DNA from: Rhizaria sp. SCN 62-66
Lineage: Eukaryota
DNA: 57,107 nucleotides
NCBI GenBank assembly: GCA_001724265.1
Contig: MEDY01000402.1
Span: forward strand, 1 to 57,107
Direction: 5' to 3'
The position numbers and the translations under genes were made by a program. The first letter of the stretch is position 1. The number at the start of each line of letters is the position of its first letter. Below the pieces are notes generated by a model. That model ran no database searches. It was not told the DNA's origin and worked only from the letters and a program-made list of their open reading frames with translations. Below are positions 13,227 through 26,016 of the stretch, one piece after another.

Positions 13227-16200
13227 TTACTTCACTCCACGTGCGTGGTTAGAAGCGTGATCGAAGCCGCTCATCACGTCCTCAGGCGAGATGATCACTG
13301 ATACAAATGAGCCCTCGCGCGACGCCCGCACATAAGCTGCAGCTGCAGTCCGCAGCGCCTTGGCATCCCAACTTCCCGCAGCAACCGTCGCACCTGCACT
13401 AAGACCGCTGACATCGTCGTCTTCGCCGAAGCTAAACAATTCGTCCTCGAACTCCTCCACAACCTCTTCGCTCTCATTGACGGATGCTATGGCACTCTGC
13501 TTCGAGTCTAAGCGCGCCACCGCTGTTGCAGCCACGAGGTCGAGTTTCTTGTCCACACTCAGGTGTCCTTCTCCAGCGACTGCAAAAGTTCCCTCACTCG
13601 CACCCCTCCCAGCGCCAGCCTCCGCTTCAGCTTCATCGCGCGCGCGCTCAGAGAGCGCGTCGAGCGCGTCAGTGACTGCGACAGGGAGCTCATCCAGCGC
13701 TGGCAACAGTGCACGCGCAAATCCGCCATAGCGCGGCGTTGCGGCGACGGACTTGACATCGAACACGGCGACGGCCACAGGCGGCGCACCCAGTGCCGGG
13801 AGCGAGTCGAGTGACACAGTGCGCGCACGCGCGGGGCCGTGAGCCGCCACAGCGACGGCCGCGGAAGGGAAAAACGCCCGTGCCGCAGCGGCCACGGCCG
13901 ACACAACCGCCCGCGCTGCTGCAGCAGCAAGCCCGCCGCCAGCAAGCCCGCCGCCAGTACCAGTGGTGCTACTGTTTGAGTTGGCGTTGAGCAGACGCGG
14001 CGGCAGCGGCGGCAGCTGCAGGACAAGGGCGACGCGTGGAGGCCAGATGACGGGCAGTGCGCCAGACGCAATCCTGACGCCGCTGCTAGCAACGGCCCCA
14101 GTCGCAGCGGTGGTGCGCGCGCTCGAGCTGACTGCCTTCGGAGCATCCGTATCCGTATTGGCCTCCGCGTCAAAGTCGTAGTCATAGCCGTCGGTGACAG
14201 GCTCGGCGACTGTTGCGGCGTCAACAGGCATCTTGGTCTTGTAGAGAGAATTTGCGGCGGTAGCGCTCACAGTGACCGCAGGGAACGCGACGACAACAAG
14301 ATCACTTGCGCCCGCACTTGTGCTCGCAGCGCTGTCGTTCGAGTGCGCGTTGTGACTGTTCGCGTTGTTTTGCGTGCGCGGGTGACGCTTGGCCCCGGCT
14401 TTATCAGTCTTCGCCCTGCCCGCGCTCGCCCTAACGCTGGTGCTTGCGCTGGCGTGCGGCGGCGTGGGCGTCTGCGGTGGCGCGAGCACCGCACTCAGCG
14501 CGGCCTGCAGAGAGAGCGAGGCCCAGAGCTCGGGCGCGGCCGCCGCGGCGTGCAGCCAGCGCGACAGACGCTGCCGCTCCAGCTCCGCCAGCAGCAGGTC
14601 AGACTCGGCCGCCAACAGCGACTGCGACTGCACCGGTAACGGCGACTGCGGCGGGGAACGCGGAAGGGCAGGAATGGGGCCGTCAGGGAGGGTGAAAGAG
14701 GGCAGCACCAGGCGCAGCGCCAGCATGCTCTGCTGCTACTGCTGCTGCTCAGCGCGAGTGCTGCTGTCGCTCTCGCGATCCTGGCCGCGGGCGCGGTGAG
14801 CGTCGTGCTGGTCCCAGTCAAACAGCGCGTCGCTGTCGTCGTCGGACTCGCCAGTCTGCGCCAGCGGGCGTTGCTGCAGCTGCAGCAGCGCCAGCGAGCC
14901 CAGCAGCCCTCCCAGCCGCGCCTCGGCCTCGCTCACCGCCTCACTCGCACCCACATTCAGACTCGGATTCGAACTCGAATTCGTGCGGGAGCGCGCGAGC
15001 GCGGCGGCGGCAAAGGTCAGCGCCGCGGCTTGCATGCGCGCGCCCAACACCACCAGCGTCTCGGCCGCGCCCGCCACCGCCACAGCACCGGCACCGGCGC
15101 CAGTGGCCGCGCTACTGACAGCGCGAGAAGGAGTGGGAGCATCAGAGTCGGAGCCGGAGTCGGCGCGAGCGACAGTGCCGGCAACGCCGGCGGAGGCCGT
15201 GACGGCGGCGACGTTGTTTGCGCAGATGGCGGGCGCGAGAGGGTGCGGCGCGGCGAGCGCAACGGCCAGGCCCCGGAGCGCGCGCCGCAGGGGCTCCGCG
15301 GCCGCCAGCGCGGGCCCCCGCAGCAGTCGCGGCATCGGCAGAGACACCGCGGTGACCACGCCGCCGCCCCCGCCGCCGGCGCCACTGCCGCTGCCGTCGT
15401 CGCTGTTGTCAGGCGCGTTGTTGCCGCTGTGGCTGCGCGGGGAGACTGGCACGCGCAGGAGCTCGCCGTTGACGCTCACGGTCACGCTGCCGCCGCCAGC
15501 TGCGCCGACTTGCGAGTGCGACAGCGAGTGCAAGTGCGCGTGCGGGTGTGAATGACGCATGTGGAGCTCGCGGCGGGACAGCGGCGACAGCAGACGGCCC
15601 GGGCGCGGCGCCCAAAGTAAGGCCTCGGGGAGCAGCGCCAGCGGCACCGGCGCCGGCTCGGGCGGCCACTGCAGCAGCGGCGGCGCGGCCGCGGCCGCGG
15701 ACGGGGGTCGGGACTGCGACAGAGACGGGGGCTGCGACGGTGATTTGAGGTGAGATTTCTTGTTGAGGCGAGCTTTGTGGAGATCCTTAGCTTTGCTGTG
15801 GTCTTGTTGCTGTTGCTGCGACAGATTGAAGCGCAGCACGTCAACGGCAGCCCCCGCGTTGGCCGCGCCGCTGCTGCCGCGGCCGCCGCCGACATAGTCC
15901 ACAAACGCATCCGCGCCGCCGTCGTAGCCCTCACTGTGGCCATGACCGTGAGCGTGGCCGTGGGCGTGACCGCGGGCGTCGTCGGCGAACAGGGGCCCGC
16001 GGAGACTGGCGGTGGCGGTGACGCGCGAGGTTAGCACAGCCAGCCGCCGCGCGGCGCCCAGCAGTCCCGCCACCGCAGCCGACGCCTGCAGCGGCGACAA
16101 CACGGGCGCAGTCAGGCGCGACGCAGACTGTGCCAGCTGCGACTGCCACAGATGTGCCTGCGACAGACGCTGTGACGGCGGCGGCGGCGGCAGCAGCAGC

Positions 16201-19200
16201 GGCGAGGGCGCCCAGTGCGCGCGCACGCAGTCGCCGACGCTGTCGAGCACGTCCCCCAACCACGGCCCGCGCGGCAGCGCCCGCAGCGACCACAGAGCGC
16301 CGTCAGCGGTGCTGCAAACGCCGGTGTTGTTGCTGCCGCTTGGGGCCGGGCTGGAGCGCATCGCGCGCACAGTGGCGTCCGCGCACAGACGCGTGGCCGC
16401 GGCCCACATTGCGGGGCCGTCTAAGTGCCCCTTAGACGCGTCTAAGTAGCCCTGGTTGCGGTGCACCGCGGGCGCGGCGAACCAGAGCGACTCGAGGTGC
16501 CTGCGCACGCGGCGCACGGCCACCGCCGACAGCGGAGACAGCGGCTGTAACTGCGGCAGATAGAGCGAGAGCAGAGGCGCGGGCAGCACACGGAGCAGCG
16601 CCAGCGCGCCGGAGTCGCTCGTGCCCGAGTCAGTCCTGTGAGCGCCAGCGCCAGCGCCGTTGTCGTATGACTGCGGCTGCGGCTGGGCGTGCTGGATCAG
16701 GGAGGGACAGGGCAGGCCGAGGCTGCGGGCGGCGGCGGGCAGCGCCAGCGCCAGCGCCAGCGCGGAGCCGCCGCCGCCAATCGCGACAGCAGCACTCGCA
16801 CGCCCACTTGCACTGACACTGGCGCTGGCGTTGGCGGCGGCACTGGGACGCGACTTCTGCTTAATCTCATGCTGTTGCTGCTGCTGCTGCACAAAGAGCG
16901 CGGCGGCGGCGGTGTCGTTGAGCAGAGCCAGCTCCAGCGCACCCAGTCCCCGCAGAGACTGCTGAGGCTGAGACTGTAACTGCAGTTGAGACTGAGAGTG
17001 TGAGTGCGAGAGCAGCAGCGCGTGCGCCAACGGCGGGGCCAGGACCAGCTGCGCCGCAGCACTCGCACTCTCGTTGTTGATGTGGGTGACCGTGAGCAGA
17101 GCGCTGGCGACCGTAACCCGCAGCGCCTCAGCGGCGGCGGCGGCGCGGCAGGGGGCGCCGAACAAGTGCGCAGCCACCCCAGTCGAAGCGGGCGCTGGCG
17201 AGCGGTCCGCAGCATCAAGCAAGTCCGAGGAGTCGGCGGCAGCAGCAGCATCAGCAGCGGCATGAGCGGCAGCAGCGGCGTCGGCGTCAGCGGCGGTGCT
17301 GAGGACCAGCGGCAGCGCCCGCTGCAGCAGCAGAGCGAACGCGGGCGTAACAGTTCCGCCCGCGGCGCCAGCAGCAACGAGGGTGAGCGGGAGGACTGAG
17401 CTGAACACGCGCACCGCGGCGACGACGCGCGCGTCTTGGTCGGCGACAGAGGCAGAGGCAGTGGCCCTACTATTTGCTGCTGCAGTTGTTGCTGCAGACG
17501 CTGACAGAGCTCGGTGCACTAAAGAGCGCGCGTGGTTGCGGGCCGCCGGGGTCGGCAAGGAGTCCACCAGCGTCGAAGTTAAGTCGCACTCGGAATAAGT
17601 TAAGCCGGAGTCAATGAACACAGCAGTCCCAAGCTCTTGCTGCTGCATTTGCTGCTGCTGCTGCTGGAGCTGCAGTGCGAGCGTCGCCAGCCGAGCGAGC
17701 TCGAGCGACTGAGCAGCGGTGACTGGCGCAGGCGCAGTCGTCATCGTCGTCGTCGCCGCGGTTGCAGCTGCGAGCGCGAGCGTGACAGCGCCCGCGTTGC
17801 TGCCGCTCTGAGAGGGAGGCAGCAGCCACAGCGGAGGCAGCCCACCGGCACTGTCATGGCCGCGAGCGCGAGCGCTAGGGTTCACGTGAGCGTGACTTTG
17901 AGTGTTCATGCTGATGTCGGATTTGGAGTAAACGGCAGCGACTGCGAGCGCTACTGCAGAGACGGGACTAAGGGGCTGGCTGCGAGTGTAAGTATCACTT
18001 AGACTCTCATACAGCGCGAGCGTAAGGGGCTCAGTCGCGCTCGTGACCAACCCGTTCAGACCCTTAGACTCGGTGTAAGTGCCGTCTTTGTTGTTGTCGT
18101 AGCGCGCAGGCAGCCAGTGACTGGGCCAGTGGTGGTGCGCGCTCAGAGCGTCTAGCGTGGTACTTAGACTGCTAATGGGGGCATTTAGATCCCCTGAGTG
18201 CTGAGAGAGGGCGGTCTCGTAGAGACCACTTAGATCCTTCTCCATCTCAGACCCACTTACACCGCACTTGTCACCGCTCTTGCTCGATGCGGCGACAAAT
18301 GCAGCGGCGGCGGCGGCAGAGGCCGAGACCGCTGAGTCTGTCACAGCCGAGGCAGACAGCGGCGTCATTAGCGCGACAGTGCGGCCCGCAGCCTCGCTGC
18401 CGCCGCCGCTCCCGCCTTCGTCGCCGTCGCCGTTGCCGTCGCCGCGATTCGTCGCAGTCGTGGCAGAAAGCAGCAGTGGCAGGCCTGCGTTCGCCGCGAA
18501 GACTGAAGCGAGCGCGCCGTTGGCGGCGGCCCGCGCGCGCGCCGCCGCCGCGGCCGCCGCCACAACCGCCGCCACACTAGGAGACTGCGACTGCGCCTGC
18601 AGTAGCAGGGAGCGCAGCGGCCCCCGGGCGGCCTCGCAGACGGCGGCGGCGGCAACGGCAATCGCGGCGTGGGCATCAGCACTCGCGCTCGCATCGGCGT
18701 CATACCGCAGGTTGACTGCAGCAGCGTCAGCGACATCGGTGACGGCATTCTCATTCTCGCATACATCAGCAGAGGTTTGCAGCGCACTCTGCAGCGATAC
18801 AACAGCTGCCTGCAGCCGCAGCCGCGCCGCCAGCAGAGCGGCGTCTCCTTCCAGTGCGTACGCAAAGACGGCGTCGTCTATGCCGTCTCCGCTGTGCCCA
18901 TCGCTGGTATTGCCGCCGCCGTCTGCGTCGTCGATCTCTGTGCCGTTTAGCGCGCCGTTTCGCAGGCGCGTGCCGAGACGCCGAGTCAGACGGGCCTCGG
19001 CCGCGGCCAGCGCGACTGCGGCCGCGACGGCGGGAACGGGGGGGTGCTTGGCCTGTGTAAGGGCTACGGCCAGGGGGTACTTAGAGCTGTTTGTGAAGGC
19101 CGCGACAAGTGCGTCCGCCTCCACCGCCGCGGCCGTCATAGCAGCAGCAGCAGCAGCGGCAGCAGTGTCAGCAGTATCGGCCAGAGCAAGAGCTGGGGCG

Positions 19201-21233
19201 CGAACAGTCGTTGTCGCAGCAATCAGGGCTTTCGCGGCCGCGGTCGCAGTGGCCAGCACCTGCAGCAGCAGGGCCTTGACGTGCCGCGGCGACACGAGCG
19301 CGCCCACGGTCACGAGGGGCGGCCTGACTTCACCGACACGCGGATTAACATCGAGCGCGGCGGCCACGTGAGCCGTGAGCGCGCGCAAAAGCGAGACTGC
19401 AGTAACAGCGTGACCAATCGCACACGCAGTCGCCGTCGCCGTCGCCGTCGTGCTTGTGTGGCGTTGAGCGTTGTCGGTGCTTAAAGAAGGAATCAAGTCG
19501 AGGTCGCCTGTGTTCGCTGTGTGATCACAAGCTTGCTTGATACTATTGCCAGCCGTGCTATTGTTCGTAATGCTGTTCAGACCTGCCGTCATCTGTCCCA
19601 TATCACTGACTAAAGTCCCCGGAACATCAGCAGCAGCAGCGGCCGCCGCGGCGACGAGCGCCGCCGCCGCCGCGGCCGTGGCATGCAGGCTGGCGGCCGT
19701 CACACGCGCCGCCGCCGCCGCAGCGGCCACGGCGGCGGTGGGCGCGCCGGGGCCAAGACTGACGACGCCGGTCCTAACAGTGCTCACGGTGCTTACCGTG
19801 TTTGCAGTCACTCTGTCGCTTGTAGAGCTATTCGAGCTATTCGAGCTATCATTAGCGTTACCGTTGCTGCGGCTGCTGCTGCTGCTGTTGTTGTTGTTGT
19901 TGCTGTGGGCAACTGTGAGCTCGAGGAGCCTGAGCGCAGGCGCGCGGTCCGCCGCGGCGCGCCCCCCCGCCCCTTCACTATGGGGGGAGGCGAGCGCGCG
20001 CAGCAGCGGCCACGCGACGGGAGCCGCCGACCGTGGCAGCAGCGGTGGCGGCCGCCGCCACGACTGCTGCCGCCCCGGCTGTTGCTGTGGCTGAGGGTGT
20101 GCCTCCACACGTTGCAGTTGTTGCTGTTCCTGTTGCTGCGAGAGGCTGGGGTTCGCAGCAGAGTCAGCGCCGAAGTCTAAGCAACTGCTGCTGCTGCTGC
20201 TGCTGCTGCCCGTTTTCACCAGTTGCGACAGCGCCAGCGGCTAAACTCCAGAGGAGTGACCGTGATCAGCAGCCAAGTAATCTCCGGCCGTGCAGAGGTC
20301 GCCGAAAGCGCGACCACGATTGCTCAAGGCAGCAGCGGCAGCGGAGTCAAAATAATCGTCACCATCGTAGTATTCAGCAGCGTTGTTGTCTTTGCTATAA
20401 TTGTCGCCGAAATCATCCACAAAAGCATTGCCGTCATGATCAATCCCATTGTGATGTTTCGTAGCGGCACGAATATCGTTATCGTTGCTCAACACAGGCA
20501 GGCTCGAGGCGTATCCACGCGCAGGGTGGGAGACAACCCTTACACTGGCAGCGGAGTCTCGTGGGTAGCAGTTCGAGTTAAAGCTCGAGATAGAGCTCAA
20601 CATTGAGCTCGAGCTAGTGTTCTGACGATGTGAGCTGTGACCAACGTCACTGCCGCCGCTGCTGCTGCTGCTGCTGCTGCTGAGGCTGCACCTGTCATTG
20701 GCGCTGCGCATGCTGCGAGTGGAGCAGGAGCTGGAGCTGGAGCACAAGTCGGAGACAAGGGCGGCGGGTCCAGCAGCGCGCGAGCTAAAGCTAAAGCTAG
20801 AGCTAGAGCTAGAGCAGAGCTAGAGCTAGGAGCTGGATACCCCAAATGCTGAGTTGCTAGGGGCGGAGGCGGAGACAAAGCAACACCACTGCGTCTGCTG
20901 CTGCTGTAGCAGTGCGCTGTGTGCGTGCGGGTGCGCCTGGGCGCGCGCGAGGCTCGGGGGCAGCGCCGGGCCCGCCACCGCAGCAGCTGCGGCCGAAGCA
21001 GCCGCCGCGACTGCAGCCGCTGACGTTGTTACCACCGTCGCCGCGGCCGCCGCCGCCGCTGCCGCTGTCGCAGCGATAGGGAGGCCCGGGGGCAGCGAGG
21101 CGCGGGGGGCTGCGCGCTGAGCGGCCACCGCGCCTGCTGCGGCGGCGCGGGGGACGCGGGGGGCAGCGGCGGCGGCGGCGGCGGCGGCCCGCGCGGCGCG
21201 GTCTGCTGCGCGCCGAGTCGCTGCTCGGTGCAT
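13227..21233 (-). CDS. Large, apparently intronless protein of unknown function (~2,668 aa) with four in-frame TAG codons and a weak PX-like segment near the C-terminus
   Basis: ORF-track pieces 20826-21332, 20241-20747, 14736-20219 and 13227-14726 share one frame and are separated only by TAG (20826, 20820, 20241, 14736). There is no TAA/TGA until 13227. ATG at 21233 directly follows a CAG. 'PIPALP...ELERQRLSRWLH...PELWASLSLQAAL' resembles the end of a PX domain (low confidence). Confidence 0.7.
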
Positions 21234-21968
21234 CTGGGCAGGCGCGGGCAAGGAAATTGGGGGCGGAGATCTCACTGTGAGCACATGAAATAGAAGTATA
21301 ACAGAGATTAGTGCGATAGATTTACCCGACATAATGTAAAAGTACTATTGACGGATGTTTGTGGGGTGAAATTCGATATCTTCGAAAGGCTTTGAGGACC
21401 AATGGACCGAAAAAAAGCTCCACCACAAACAGGTTCTGCCACAAGCAAGCCAGCATTGACCTCGAAAGCCCGCTGCTGCTGAGGTCGGGCAGGGCGGTCA
21501 CTGGCGCGGTGAGAGGGCATGCCAGACCCTGTGTTTCGGGTTATAGCCGCCTGGATCTGTTCACGATGTCGGTTGTTTATCTTTTCCCGAGTATTTCCAT
21601 TGCTTTTAGCGCTATTTGTTTTTTATTGTTGGTTGTCCGCGCGTTGTGTGCATGTCTAAAGGCGCGCCTCGCGCGTCAGCTCGGGGGGAGGATCTCCGTC
21701 GGCCCCCGAGCCCGCGCGCTCGGCTCGCTTCACCCGCTCCCGGCCCGCGCGCGATGCGCTCCAACCGCCCCTACCGCGTTTCTCCACATTTTCTCTCGCC
21801 TTTGCATTTGCTCACAGCCCGTTTCACTCATGTTTTGTTGTAGTTTTCTCCGTCCCCGAGCTCATACGTGGCAGTCCCCAAGCCTTCAACCCCAGTCCCA
21901 GCCCCCGCCCCGACGTCGCCGCCGCCGCCGCCGCCGCCGCGCCCCCGCTTCCGCCGCCGCTTGCCGCC

Positions 21969-24900
21969 ATGTCGCTGACCTCGGCCGTGGCCCGCAAGAC
22001 CCTGGCCGGGCTCCGTCCCGCCGCAGGTGCGTTATATATCCCCCCGAATCCCCCGTTTAGCTCCGATCTCTGGCCTTGCCCGATGCCACGGCCCACTGCA
22101 CGCGTCTTCCCGTGACTTCGCCAACGCTCACGCCGCGCTTCCTCCGCGCTCTTTCTTTCGCCTTTCTGCTTTTTTCCGCCCCCCTCTAGGCTCCGTTCTG
22201 GCCGCGCCCGCGCTCGCGCTGGCGAGCCGCGTCCCTGCCCACGCCCCCGCCGCCCCTACCCTCACCGGGCTTTCAGGACTTTCAGGGCTCTCTGCGCGCG
22301 CTGAGCTCTCTGCGCGCCCCCCCACCCCCAGCGCTTTCTCGCCGCTGCGGATGGCTGTGACGCGCGCCGGCTTCGCCACTGACGCGCCGGCCGCCGCCGC
22401 CGCCTCCGCCGCCGCCGCCGCCCACGCCCCCACGGCCGTCCCCGCCACGGGCTCCGGCTCCACGGCCGCCCCCGCCGCCTGCGCTGCCACTGCCGCCGCC
22501 GCCTCTGCGACCGAGAAGGCCGCCGCTGAGAAGGCCGCTGCTGACAAGGCCGCGACTGCTGTCACCAAAGATAAGATTCCCAAGCCCATCCTGAAGGGCG
22601 GCATCATCGGCGGCAGCAAAGACAAGGACGAGGCCAAGGAGGCCGCCAAGGAGTCCGGCAAGGACGCCGTGAAGGCCGACGCGACGAAGGATGCCAAGGA
22701 GGCGAAGGACGTCGCTGCTGCTGCCGCTGCCCCTGCTGTTGCTGGTGGTGGTGCGAACAAGGAGGCCAAGAGCGACGCCGCCGTGGCCGCCGCCGCCGCC
22801 GCCGCCACCGCGGCCGCGCACGCCGCCGTCGCCGCCTCGGCCACTGCCGCGCTCGCCGCCGCAGCCGCCCCCGCGGCCGCTGCTAAGCCCGCCGCCACTG
22901 CCGCTGCCGCTCCTGCCGACTCTAAGTCCACTGCTGCGGCGGCGGCCACGGCCAAGGACGCCGCTGCCGCTGCCGACGCCGCCGCTGCTAAGGATGCCAA
23001 GGAGGCCAAGGACGCGAAGGAGGCTAAGGAGGCTGCTGCTGCCGCCGCCAAGAAGCAGAAGCAGCAGGAACAGGAGCAGAAGGAGCTCAGGGCGCAGAAG
23101 GAGCGCGCGCTTAAGGAGCAGCGCGAAAAGGAGGAGGAGGACGCGCGCTGGGACTTTGACGACCCGAACATGCGCCAGTTCCTCGAGTGGGAGGAGAAGT
23201 TCCTGGCCGAACGCGCGATCCGCACGCGCGAGCTCATCGAGGCCGAGCTCGCCGCCACGGCCCCCGCCGTCGCTGCCACCGCGGCGGCCACAACCCCCGC
23301 CGCGGCGGCCGCGGCCACGCTCGCGGCGGCCTCGGCCTCTGCGGCGGCGCGGCGGCGCGCGCGCGCCAAGGCCGGCGTGGCGGCGAGCGGGCCCGAGGTC
23401 AAGGACGCGGCCACTGCGCTGCGGCAGGCGCGGCGGCTGACCGAGAAGCTGCTCGCGGGTGCCCGCAAGGCCGCCGTGGCAACTTGGGGGCTGTTGGGGC
23501 GGCTTGCGCGCTGGCTGCTGGCCGTGGCGCGGCACCCGGCCTCGTTGGGCCCGCAGCTGGCGAAGCTGGGCAGGCTCATCAAGCACGAGGCGAAGCACTA
23601 CTGGCACGGCACCAAGCTGCTCGCCGTCGACGTCAAGACAGCCACGCGGCTGATGCTGCGGCGCGTGCGCGGGTTGCCGCTCACCCGCCGCGAGTCGAAG
23701 CAGCTCACCCGCACGACAGGAGACATCCTGCGCCTGGTGCCCTTCGCAGTCATCGTCATCATCCCGTTCCTCGAGCTGTTGCTGCCTGTGCTGCTCAAGC
23801 TCTTCCCCAACATGCTGCCCAGCACCTACCAGACCAGCAGCGACGTCAGCTCCAAGGCGCGCGCCGAGCTCAAGGCGCGCATGGAGCTCGCGGAGATCCT
23901 CGAGGAGACGCTTGAGGAGGCCGCGCGCAAAAAGGCCGCACAAGCCAGGTACGATTACTTCAAAGCCAAAGTCAAATCAGGATGAGTATCTACCAAAATC
24001 TATATTTTTTTTCAATGAAAATTTCCTCTCACAATTTTATTTCTTGTTTTTGTTTTTGTTTCACTCAACTATCTATTTTAGGGCTAAGCGTGTCGCTGCG
24101 CAGATGGAGGCCGCCAACATCACCGTCTCCGAGGGCGCCACCGCCGCCACGGCCGCCACCGTGGCCGACGGCTCCGCCGCGCCCGTGCCTGCCGCGGCGC
24201 CTGCTGCGCCCGCGGCGAGTGCGGCCGCGACGGTGGCTGCGCACCTGGAGGAGGAGGAGCTGGACGAGGAGGAGAAGGCTGCCGAGCGCATGCTGGATCT
24301 GCTCAAGTCGGTCCACAAGGGCGAGCACGTGTCGAACCAGCAGCTGGTGGCCGTGGCGGCACTCTTCGAGGACAACGTGACGCTCGACCGGCTCGCGCGG
24401 CCGTATCTCGTCGCGATGTGCCGCTACATGAAGATCAACACCTACGGCACGGACGAGATGCTCCGCGCGCGGCTGCACAAGAAGGTCGAGGAGATCCGCG
24501 AAGACGACGCCGTGATTGAGGCTGAGGGCATCGCGAACCTGTCCCTGGCCGAGCTCAAGGAGGCCTGTCGCGACCGCGGCATGCGGTCCTTCGGGCTCAC
24601 GCTCGCCGGCTACCGCGCCAACATTGAGGCCTGGATCGACCTGTCCGTGCACCAACAGGTCCCCGCCTCGCTGCTGCTGCTGTCCCGCGCGCTGTCGATC
24701 TCCGAGCGGCCCACGTCCGAGTCCCTGCAGGCTGCGCTGAGCTCGCTCGACGCCGAGGCGCTGCAGGAGGCGATGGCTGACGCGGGGCTCGTCGAGGAGG
24801 ACACCGAGGAGCAGCTCGAGGCCGTGCTGCGCGAGAACGACGAGATCGAGCGCGAGGCCCGCGAGGCGCAGGACAAGGCCGTCCGGGCCAAGGAGGCCGC

Positions 24901-25135
24901 CGCGGCCAAGGCAGCAGTCGCCGCCGCCGCCGCCAAGGCCGCCGCCGAGGCTGCGGCCGCGGCCGAGCTTGCGGCCGCCGAGGCCGCGGCGGCGGTCGCG
25001 GCCGCAGCGTCCAAGACGGCCGCTGCCACCGCCGCCCACCACCACAGCTCCCACGGCCACCATGGCCACAGCCACACCAACACCAGCGGCAGCGGCAGCA
25101 GCGGCAGCAGCGCCAGTACCGGTCAGAACAAGTGA
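21969..25135 (+). CDS. LETM1: LETM1/Mdm38 mitochondrial inner-membrane protein; exons 21969-22026, 22190-23948, 24082-25135
   Basis: Signature sequence 'IKHEAKHYWHGTKLLAVDVK...LTRRESKQLTRTTGDILRLVPFAVIVIIPFLELLLPVLLKLFPNMLPSTY' and ribosome-binding domain 'TLDRLARPYLVAMCRYM...GTDEMLR...ELKEACRDRGMR...WIDLS...VPASLLLLSRAL'. The N-terminus looks like a mitochondrial presequence (MSLTSAVARKTLAGLR). Stop is TGA. Confidence 0.95.
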
Positions 25136-26016
25136 GTGAAGTGGCGTGATGTCGACAAGTGAGCTGGACTGGACTAACAGTGAGCTGAAATGAGCTGAAA
25201 CTGAAACACGGTGACAAAAAATGTTGTGTTTGTGTTTATTAGTTCGTTATGTGGTTGTATCTGCTGCTTCATGGTGTTTGTTAGTTATCTCTACGTAACC
25301 GTAAATTATAATTATTGTGTGTGCTCATTGGTCGATCGATCGTTCGGTCGAGAGTGAGGCATGCAGTGATGAGGCCCTGTTTATGCGTAGGGACTAACGC
25401 AATCAGTGATAACAGCAGCAGCAATAACAACAGCACAACAATACTTGCAACAACCACGAGCACAACGACCCAGCAATGCAGAAAAACACGAGCACGGTCT
25501 CTTGTTTCGCTTTGCTAATTATATATATTGATATAGAGTTTGAAGAGGCGAGTCTGAAGCTCGTCTGGTTATTAAACCCTAATAGATACACACAAAATAT
25601 TTTTTATCGACATTGCTTCTCTCTATCACTATGAAATGTAACGAAATAGCGACGTGACAGTTTTTTGTGGTTGTTTCTGCTTTGTGGGCGTGCGACTGCA
25701 GACTCGACTGACAGTGAAGATTTTGTGCAAAGGTTTTAGAGTGTACAGAGAGTGTTTCATCGTGAAAGTGCATTTAGCGCATATATTATGAAATAATACA
25801 ATGCTTTAAGCATAATTTTGTTTTTACACTTGCTTACATCGACATTATCATGTATATCCACCCCTGTAGGTTTTACACTTTTAAAGAGTCTCCGCCAGAG
25901 CAGAGCCACCGGTTGCCACACCAGTCCTTGCTTTTTCGCCAGACTCACTTGCGCCTTACCCTTTGCTCCAGCACAACAGTCTCTGATTTCCACCCTTCGC
26001 AGCCCTCTTAGCGACG

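Noticed and set aside
5586-20828. Pyrrolysine or ciliate-type code (TAA and TAG both Gln)
   Set aside because: The TAG contexts are low-complexity Gln-like sites, not catalytic positions, and TAA clearly terminates conserved genes (ALDH6A1, PRC1) and is never internal.
20597-20878. Alternative-frame ORF (ALALALARALLD...) as the true coding frame
   Set aside because: It would need two compensating frameshifts and ends in TGA, whereas the TAG read-through frame needs none.
4365-21233. Pseudogene interpretation of the two TAG-containing genes
   Set aside because: All five lesions are TAG, with no TAA/TGA or indels across roughly 5,000 codons, and conserved motifs and splice sites are intact downstream.
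22128-23943. Long antisense and overlapping ORFs (also 39916-41706, 46729-48159, 35204-36262, 8280-9686)
   Set aside because: These are shadow ORFs caused by GC-rich codon bias opposite recognisable genes and contain no motifs.
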